The position numbers were made by a program, and so were the translations under genes. Shown here piece after piece: positions 11,701 to 20,700 of a stretch of DNA of 64,000 nucleotides (position 1 is the stretch's first letter; every line of letters begins with the position of its first letter). Source of the DNA: Balanoglossus misakiensis (Eukaryota > Animalia > Hemichordata); contig CM082578.2 in assembly GCA_040954595.2 (NCBI GenBank), forward strand, positions 18,370,728-18,434,727, read 5' to 3'. The notes under the pieces were generated by a model that saw only the letters and a program-made list of their open reading frames with translations, ran no database searches and was not told the origin of the DNA.

Positions 11701-14700
11701 ATTCAAGGAAGAAGGCGTTCGGGATGTCCTCAAAGACGTCTTCCTGCCTTGGTATAACGCATACAGATTTCTGATGCAAAATGTTGAACGCTTCCACAAG
11801 GTGAGAGAAGAACAAGAATTGGGAGAATAAGTGAGAATTATCACTCTCACTTACAGTAGAAATAAAATGTCAGCTAAGCTGACAACCATGCATCATGATC
11901 TCTGAACCATGGAAACAAATGTGGTTGTTAACAAGATTATCTTTTTAATGAAGCAAGAGGTTGCCTTGGACATGTCCTTTTTTGATGTCACTGTCAATGA
12001 ACACAAAGGTTCTACGTTACAATGGGCAGGATTCCAGTTGTGTCATTTGAAGAAGAGGTTATGCATCTAAGGAGTGATTAATTGCTCTCCATTGATGCAT
12101 TGCTGCCTCTTGCTCTCTCTCTCTTTCTCTCACGCTCTCGCTCTCTCTCTCTCTCTCTCTCTGATGGTAACTTGCAAAAGCATATGTGTGTTTGCATCTC
12201 TTGCAGGAAGAAGGCATCCAATTCAGCTACCATGAATACGATCTGAAACCAGTGGATAACATCATGGACAAATGGATTCTGTCCTTCACACAGAGCTTGG
12301 TAGAATTCACCAGACAAGAAATGGCAGGTTGGTTTAATTTAGTGAAACAGTATCAGCTGTCAGCTTAACATAGTGATATGTACATGCTAGTCCCCCCCCC
12401 CCCCCAAACAATCACATAAATCTTCAATAATTATATATATTGGTATCTTCTAAAATAAACTCTCACTTTGAATTGTTTCACAACTTTCCTTTTCAGCATA
12501 CCGTCTTTACACTGTTGTACCAAAACTTGTCAGATTTGTGGACAAGCTGACAAACTGGTATGTCAGATCCAACAGGAAAAGACTTAAGGTAAGGTGATAA
12601 CATTCTTGTTATACTCTCAGTAGATGGAACTGATTTCATTACAGTATTTACATGTACGAGATAATACTGAAACATAAAGCCCCCTTTCACAATCCCTGGT
12701 CCTGGCATCAGTGGATGTGTGAATTGCTCTTTAAACAGCTTTCCAAGCCTTTCGTTCTTCATTGAAATTTTCATATAGTAAATAAAGTTTCAGTCTAGAT
12801 AAATGAAAACCATGCTAAATTTGGTTACTTTATTTTGTAACGATGGACTTTCAGCACTGTTTGAAACCTTCTGTGTCAGTCATTGAACTCAGGAGGACGA
12901 TCACAGTGCAATATTAACTCGCATGTTGCAGCGAACGACCCCTGAATAATTCAGATGTTGATGTTGCACCTTGCGAACACTTGATCAGCATACACTGAAG
13001 TTCAAGTATTTACTTTCCCGAGCATCTGCTGATTTTGAAAGCTGTGCCTTGTGGTGTCAGATTCATGAACACATCGTTATGTACATGCCACATGTCCTAA
13101 CATGTATAATGCACTCCACATCCACAATTGTTTGACAATAAACTGTGCAGAAATATTTACATTTTGAACACCATGTTGTTGTTGTTTTAACAACTACACT
13201 TAGAGTTAAGTTTTATGAGGCTGAAAGGATTTTGAAGCAACTATCTATGATGCGTTGTGCGTACACAGGTTTATCATATCCTTGTCCCAGTTCACCCAAT
13301 CCATAAAAGTCGTGATGTCGTCCTGGCATCTCAACACTCTGTGTTTACTTATTAGGTCCCATTTGGTATATGTATTTATACCGGTGGGACCTTATGGGAT
13401 CAGTTGCATGTGTACGTACATATGTATGCATGTTTTATTGATTTCTTGACAGGGAGAAGGTGGCACCCATGACTGCCTTTGTGCCCTTCAGACGCTCTTC
13501 AGCGTTCTCTACACCATGGTGCGAATGATGTCACCGTTCACGCCCTTCCTCACGGAAGTCATCTATCAAAATTTGCGTCACCTGATAGATCCGGCAGCCA
13601 CAAAGGGACAGGACACGAATAGTGTTCACTACCTTATGATGCCACAGCCGAGGTGAGAAAAACAGGATAAGAATTTGTGGCCCTGCTCATCAATCTGAAA
13701 TCTCTTCTTTGAACTGGGGAGTTGATTTCTCTGTTATCTTTATCTCAAATTTGTTTTTACAGAATGAATGTTTATTACGTGTAGAAAGGGGACCCAGGAT
13801 ACCTTGTAATGAAATTGATGATTTGATTTATTGTGTTTAATGCAATCATTTGTCATTGATAGGCAGTGTTGCTTTTCTTCTATTTTCTGTTTAATTTCAC
13901 TATTTTTGCCAATTGGTAAAATCCACTGAATTGAATCCCAGAGAAACTGTAAAAAAATTACAATAAAATTCGTTGTTTTATAGCCAAATCCATGAAAAAT
14001 AAACCAATTTGCCCTAATTAATACTTTTAACATATGCAAACATCAAATTCGCACTATGGAAGGGAGTTCACCACATTTCCCAACACATAAATCCACCTGG
14101 AAAAGTTTGGCTCTGTTTCTACTGATGTTTGTCTGTTGCCAAAAAAAAAAAAAAAACTTTTTTTTACATACAGCTTTATCTGCAACCCTAGCTACCTGCA
14201 GGATGAGTGCCCTGCTGCCAGCATTGGCTTTCATTCCTTAATAAAAAATCCCTGACGCGTGCGTTAACACTGACGTCCATCAAATTTCAAGGTGATTCAT
14301 GCTTATTCATTGATGCAATATTCAACAACTAATTGCTGACTGAAAAGATATTTATTTGCTCAAGTGTTGTTTTATTCTGCTTGATTGCAGAAATGAATTG
14401 ATTGACAAGGGTATAGAGAGCGCTGTGGCCACCATGCAGACCGTAATTGAACTGGGTCGTGTCATCAGAGACCGGAAAACATTGCCCCTGAAGGTATCCG
14501 TTGAAATGAGCACTGAACTCAGGTGTTCTTCACTCTTTCCATTTATGCTATTATGCAAATACTAATGGGATCATTCTCATCGGTGGTGTCATCTTGTCTT
14601 TAAGAAATGGAATATCCTCAGGGTGTAAAGAATCTTATTTGACTGATTTATTGGAATTATATGGTTGTGAATCCCACAGGGTTCGTGTCCCCCAAATGTT

Positions 14701-17700
14701 GCTTTTGATACAATTACAGAAAAGAAGTAAGATTATATTGTGAATTTCAATGTAGTAACTGTAGCTTTGAATACAGATTGGTATAATACAACTATTCACA
14801 TTGTTACCTCATTTTGACTTTGTTTGTAATAAAAACTCGACATTAAAAATTGGTTTGAACAAGGTTGATCATCATCATTCACTCCTTTCGTTTTTATTTT
14901 CAGTATCCCCTCCATGAAGTGGTGGTCATTCACCAAGAAACAAGTATTTTGGAGGATACAATGTCACTAGAAAAGTACATCCTGGAGGTTGGTATCTAGG
15001 CAGTTTGCCCATGGACCATTTGAATTAAGCCATCAGCAGTTGGCAATTGCTGTGGTGTTTGGTTAATCATGATTCATCTATACAGTATACTTAGCAAATT
15101 TGCGGATTGCATGGCAGCTGATGCTCAGAAACTGGTGCTATTAAACTCCTGTGTAAAATTGTAGAAGAAAAAACTTGCTTTCCAGCAGAAAGTTTGCAGT
15201 AGTAATTGCGTAGGATGCAAGTGTCCATTCCCACATCTATTTCTTCTAATCTGTACTCTCCCACTCATTCAGGAACTCAACGTCCGAGAAGTCACCACCT
15301 CCAAGGACAAGGAGAAGTATGGCGTACACTTGAGGGCTGAGCCCGACTTCATGGTGCTGGGCAAACGACTCAAAGCAGACTCCAAGGCGGTGGCCAAGGC
15401 GGTGAGGGAGCTGACCGATGGGCAGGTGGAGGAATTCCAGAAGAAAGGAGAAATGGTCATCCAGGGCCACACCTTGACCATGGAGGATATTAGAATAGTC
15501 TATGCATTTGATCAAGACAACAACCAGGAATCCAGATATGAGGCACATTCAGATAACGATGCAAGTCAGATCCATTTTTTTATGAAACGAATGAATAAAA
15601 GTTGTAGTTTTCTGTATTGAAGAAGGGATTCATATATAATTTTTACAACAGCCCTGCCTTTTTGGTGTCAAATACAATATTTTTTAAGGTGAAATATAAT
15701 CACCAGTTGGGAAACATAAATGAAGACAGGTTTGATTGCAGCGTTTCTGCAGATGTATAGTAAACATTTAAATTCAAGAGTTAAATTAAACAATTACACC
15801 CATATTTAGTACAGAGATCATGCTAGTTGAGGCGAAATTTTGTTGAGAAATATTTTTTCCCATGGTTTCCATCACAGTTTTAGAATGTGAAATATTGACT
15901 ATTCTTTGTCCACCAGACACTCTCATGAGGTGTGCTTTTATTTCTTTCATTCATTCTTGTTTTGAAGAACGCGGAATTTCTTTTTACATTTCAGATTCTG
16001 GTGTTGATGGATGTGACGCCAGACCAGTCCATGTTGGATGAGGGCGTTGCTAGAGAAGTAGTCAACCGCATTCAGAAACTCAGGAAAAAGGTAGGAGTTG
16101 AACTTGAATACTTACCACTGACTTTTACAACTTCAATTATTACTTGCATGCTGAGAAATTTCTAACCAACCTGTGTGTGCATCAATGAAGACACTCGGCA
16201 TTTATTTTAAAATTATCAATGGAAGAAATTGCCATTTTACTAACCTGTGAACTTTCACCCCCTTTCCAGGGGAAGTTGGTTCCTGTGGATGACATAACAG
16301 TATTTTATGAAGTTTCGCCGGCTGATGATTATTTGGCCAGGGTAGTGTCAGATCACAGGGAGTATATCACCAGCTCCATCAAACAACAGTTCCAGCCTTA
16401 TCCAGTGCCTAGTGATTGTAAACTCGTGGTCCAGGAAAATGTTCCGGTGAGTGGGATCAATAAGGAAAATTTCTTTATTTGAAAAGACCTCTTTTTAAAA
16501 CAAAACTGGGAACAAGTACCATTTACTAAATGCTTTTCTACTGGGAAAGTAAATCAAGTAAGTATCTTTCCTGTCACATGTATGTACATGTATCTAGGTA
16601 CCTGTACAGGATTGTGCATGGTTAGAGGGATTGCTTCCACAGCGCCACAGTGGCGAAATTGGGTGGTATCAATCATGCATACTGGTATTATGTCTCTTGC
16701 ACATATTTTATCTGCTGATGACTATGAAACAGGATTGCATCTTGTTTGTTTAATAATAAAAGAAAGATTAGAAGCAATACTTTGGTGGTTTAAGAGTGAA
16801 AGTGTGTGATATTTGCTTTGTTGTCTTTTGTTGTGTTCTCTGAAGTAAGCAAGATCTTTGCTGGAGGGCCCCATCACTGTGTGAGCTTCAGTGTCACCGG
16901 GGCTCTGTTTACAATCCATAGCAGAATTAATTTGAAGTTAGTCAGAGGTCAAGGGCTGTTTTAGGAAAATAATTGACTTTCTGGTGACCTCATAATAAGG
17001 GTCATGTTTTCCACTCAGTCTATAGGGTGGATCCGTGTTTAAAAATAGTAAATAGACCCAGTCATTCTGTGCAAGCACAACTCAACGCGTTGGCTGTGTC
17101 TTTGTCTTGTGTCACATGATTGAGAGAAGAACTCAAATGATGCGCAGGCTATTAATTTCCATATACATTGCTGGGGTTTGCTTCTCTGCGTCATGACTAA
17201 TACATCTGCTGCAGCATGAGCGCTGTTTGGAGGGTGGTGTTGTGTATCAGGGTGTCAGGGTTCAAAGGGTCAACGTACATGACTAACTGGTTTGATAGTA
17301 CATTTTGTATAAATTATCCCATCCTCAACCTCAGCCTTTTTGAAGATTCATAGCAAAACTCACAAACAGGTGCATGTAGTGAATTAGAAGTGCAACATTG
17401 TGCCACATTTGATAACCTGACAAATTTGTGGTCTCTGTTACTATGACAGAATACTTTGTCAAAAGATGTTGGTGAAAGATGTATTCTTTTCAGGTCAAGA
17501 ATTCAACACTTGACTCGCAGGTAAATTGATGATACTTTGTTCGCCATAGAAATAAATAAACAAAACAAACAAAAAGTCATTTGCGTAACATAAAAGAAAC
17601 AATTATAACCATGTGTATTGGTTTGGAGCCCACGTACCTTTGTGATTTTGGAAGTACTGGCACATGTATTTTGTTATACAGAAATATTTTACTGGTGTTT

Positions 17701-20700
17701 GCTGTAAAGTACAGTATAATCTTTATCAATGTTGGCATGGCAACCAGAGTTTGAAACTGAAATCATCAAAAAAATGAAATAATAGGATATAGGCCACAGA
17801 AGCTTTAAAATAAAATTTAGATGAAATATTTAGAACTGAGTGGCATTAAGATGTTTGTATTGCCTCGCAGATCCATCCATAGACAGTCTTTTGAGAGATG
17901 TTCGGAGATTATTGACTGCATAAACTTAGCTCTGTTGCAATTAGACTACTCAAACAGGTGAATAAATAACGTTCTTAACTCTGTACATGATCTGAATGCA
18001 ATATCGATTTCAGGGTCATTGCAAAGGTCAATCTAAGAGTGTCCGGAATAATTTTTCAGGATGCGTGATATTTTTCATTTGAAGATTTGTATAGAAGTAA
18101 ACGGCAGGGTTAACATATATTGCAGGAAAAGAGCTGGTTTACTCATTAAACATTTCAAAAAAGGAAAAAGTATATTCTCGGTGTAATTATATATCAAGGG
18201 AGGCAATTTGATTGATTTCAGCTTTCACTGTTGTAGTTGCCATGTTGGGAAGACTCAACACTCGCCAATCTGAGAGCAGTGTATCTGCATGGTATGTGTA
18301 TGATGTGTGTGTGTCTTTTGTACTCTGACAACTACACAACATGCATTTGGTGTAAAAAGAAATATCAGTTGCATCACAGTGATTTTTTTCCTGATTTTTT
18401 TAGCAACATTTTATCTTCATATGGTTGATTCACAAAGTGTACATATTTTCTGTACAGATGGCAAACATACAGTATATTGCCAGAACATATTTTCATTTCA
18501 TCTGTCCAGGACTTTTTTATTAGTCACAGTGCCCTATTTGTCACTGTGGGTAGCTCATGGAATTGCAGCCCTTAATTTGTACAGTGAAATTGCGACTTGT
18601 AATCACCATGCCCACTTGATTATCCATGTCAAGAACTTTAGTTCAGCAAATGGGGACTACACACTCTGGAACATACTGATGACTGCGCGAGTGCAATCCG
18701 TCACAGGTTGGACACAGACACTTATAGAGCCCGACAAAAAAGAAAATCAATGTGTCTCTCCTACTGGGCATCCGCAGAGATGTTGGAGAGAAATTGCCAG
18801 ACATTGAGTGTCAAGTGACACCATCAATCGCATGCTGACAGTTAATTTCAAGATGGTGTCTACTTGCGACTTAGTCGGCGTAAATTGCAGAGGTCACATG
18901 ACTGGTATTGTCATGGGGAAGATTATTGCTGGGGGGAAAGGGATGCATGTGGCAAATCTGAGAAAAGTACATGAAGATCAGTCACAGTGTATTGCTTGTC
19001 AGAGAAACACTGCATATACTTGTCACTTAACAAATGTCACTTAGCTTGATTCAAAGCTTTTAGAATTTATCACAGCCAGTAACCAGAGTTCTCTCTTTAC
19101 ACTGTGATCTGAATTTTAATTGATAGTGAGACTCTGTTAAATATTTTTTTTACTTCAAAAGAATGACTCTTTGTGAATTACCGGGTAGGCCTCATGCATC
19201 CTGCTCCCGGAGAACTGTTACAAAGTTACAAAATAATACCCACACTGAATTTCTAACTATAGTGGCAACATTTGGAATGGCCCTCCAGCACAACTTTCTA
19301 CTGTAGCAGTGGATGCATATTTTCTTGTAAATGGGTCCAATTACAGTTTTTTTTCCTCCAAATCGGCATATTCAGTTGTGTAGGTTTAGTTGCATCTGTT
19401 TTGTGTCATCGGTCGAACTTTCACGAGAGTGAACAAGCTTATGATAGTACTTGCAAAGCATGATGGGTATTTGTAGCCCACTAGCAACACACCATCATCT
19501 CCCACCAGTGATTGCTGCAGTGTTGTGGCACCCATGCAGCTATGCATGGGTGCCACAAGTTGAGTGTGGCAGAAACTTTAAGTGATTAATTGGAGTGAAG
19601 CTACATGTACTAGGCTCCGTCCTATTCTTTCCTGGATACTAAAATTGTAGGATATTCTCTTCCTGGATATTTGCCCAGCAGACACTTACCCTAAACCCTA
19701 GCCCTAACCATTGCGTATTAAATGTCGGGGGGGGGGGGGGGGGTGGGGGGTAACTGTCTGAATGAATTCGGTGTTTCGGCTCCACTCAGGCATCGACTTC
19801 AGGGTCCTTGTCTGCATCTTATGAGACACCATCAAAACAGTCTGCCAGACTGTCTCATGGAATTAGCTGGGACAGTGTCTAAATGTCAGCATTTGAATCC
19901 AGAGCCTGGCATCTCTGATGGAAACCTGAACGCAAAATCTAATTTGACCCAGGGGAGCGTGATCTGCGTAGTAAATACCATGTTACTGTCTGTGCAAATT
20001 TTCCTTCTCATTCATGTGAGATGAATTTGCATAATTGGACAAGATTAGTGATATTCCCAACTGATTTGACCTCCATTTCAAATCCTGACAGCGATACATT
20101 GCTTTCACCTGTTTTCTTTCATCACTATATTTGATGTTCTCAGTGACGCTATTTGAAAATTATTATCTTCAACATGCAATGAATCGCTTCATTTTATGGG
20201 ATATCTTTAACCTTAATTCTACTGTTAATCAGCTGCTAGTATTAATCATTCATGATTGATTAATCAGTGACTCTGCGTGGGCTAATCTTTTTGTTTCTGG
20301 TGATGTTTCTTTGCAGCTGAAAGGTGCAACGCTCGGTCTCACCATTGTACGAGGACACGTAGGTGAGACGTCAAGTGAATCAGGGCCGTTCTGTTCGTAC
20401 GTCAACGTCCACCTACCCAACCAGAATGGCAAGGCCACTGTCCTGCTGGAGAATCCGAAGGGTGTGCCCACAGTCAGTCTCTTCAAACAGATCGAAAATA
20501 TCTCAAACCAGAATGGAAACCTGAAACTTTACAAAGCGAAGGCCGTTTCTGATATTGAAGAGTTACCTGGTCAAGGTATAGGACGTATTTGTTACTTGTT
20601 TTCTCTGTAGGGTGTTTACTGGGACGTGTTTGCCGTTCGTTTTATCGCTTTGAATTAATGCTACGCTGTCTGACCAATACCAGTGTTTTATTTTGGTACA

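Noticed and set aside
18307-18807. 166-aa ORF inside the long IARS1 intron
   Set aside because: Non-ATG start, intron-like composition, no recognisable homology
20576-20610. Apparent 35-nt GT-AG mini-intron after exon 24 (also a 39-nt one at 27939-27977)
   Set aside because: Far shorter than any verified intron here, and the sequence after 20610 has no IleRS similarity
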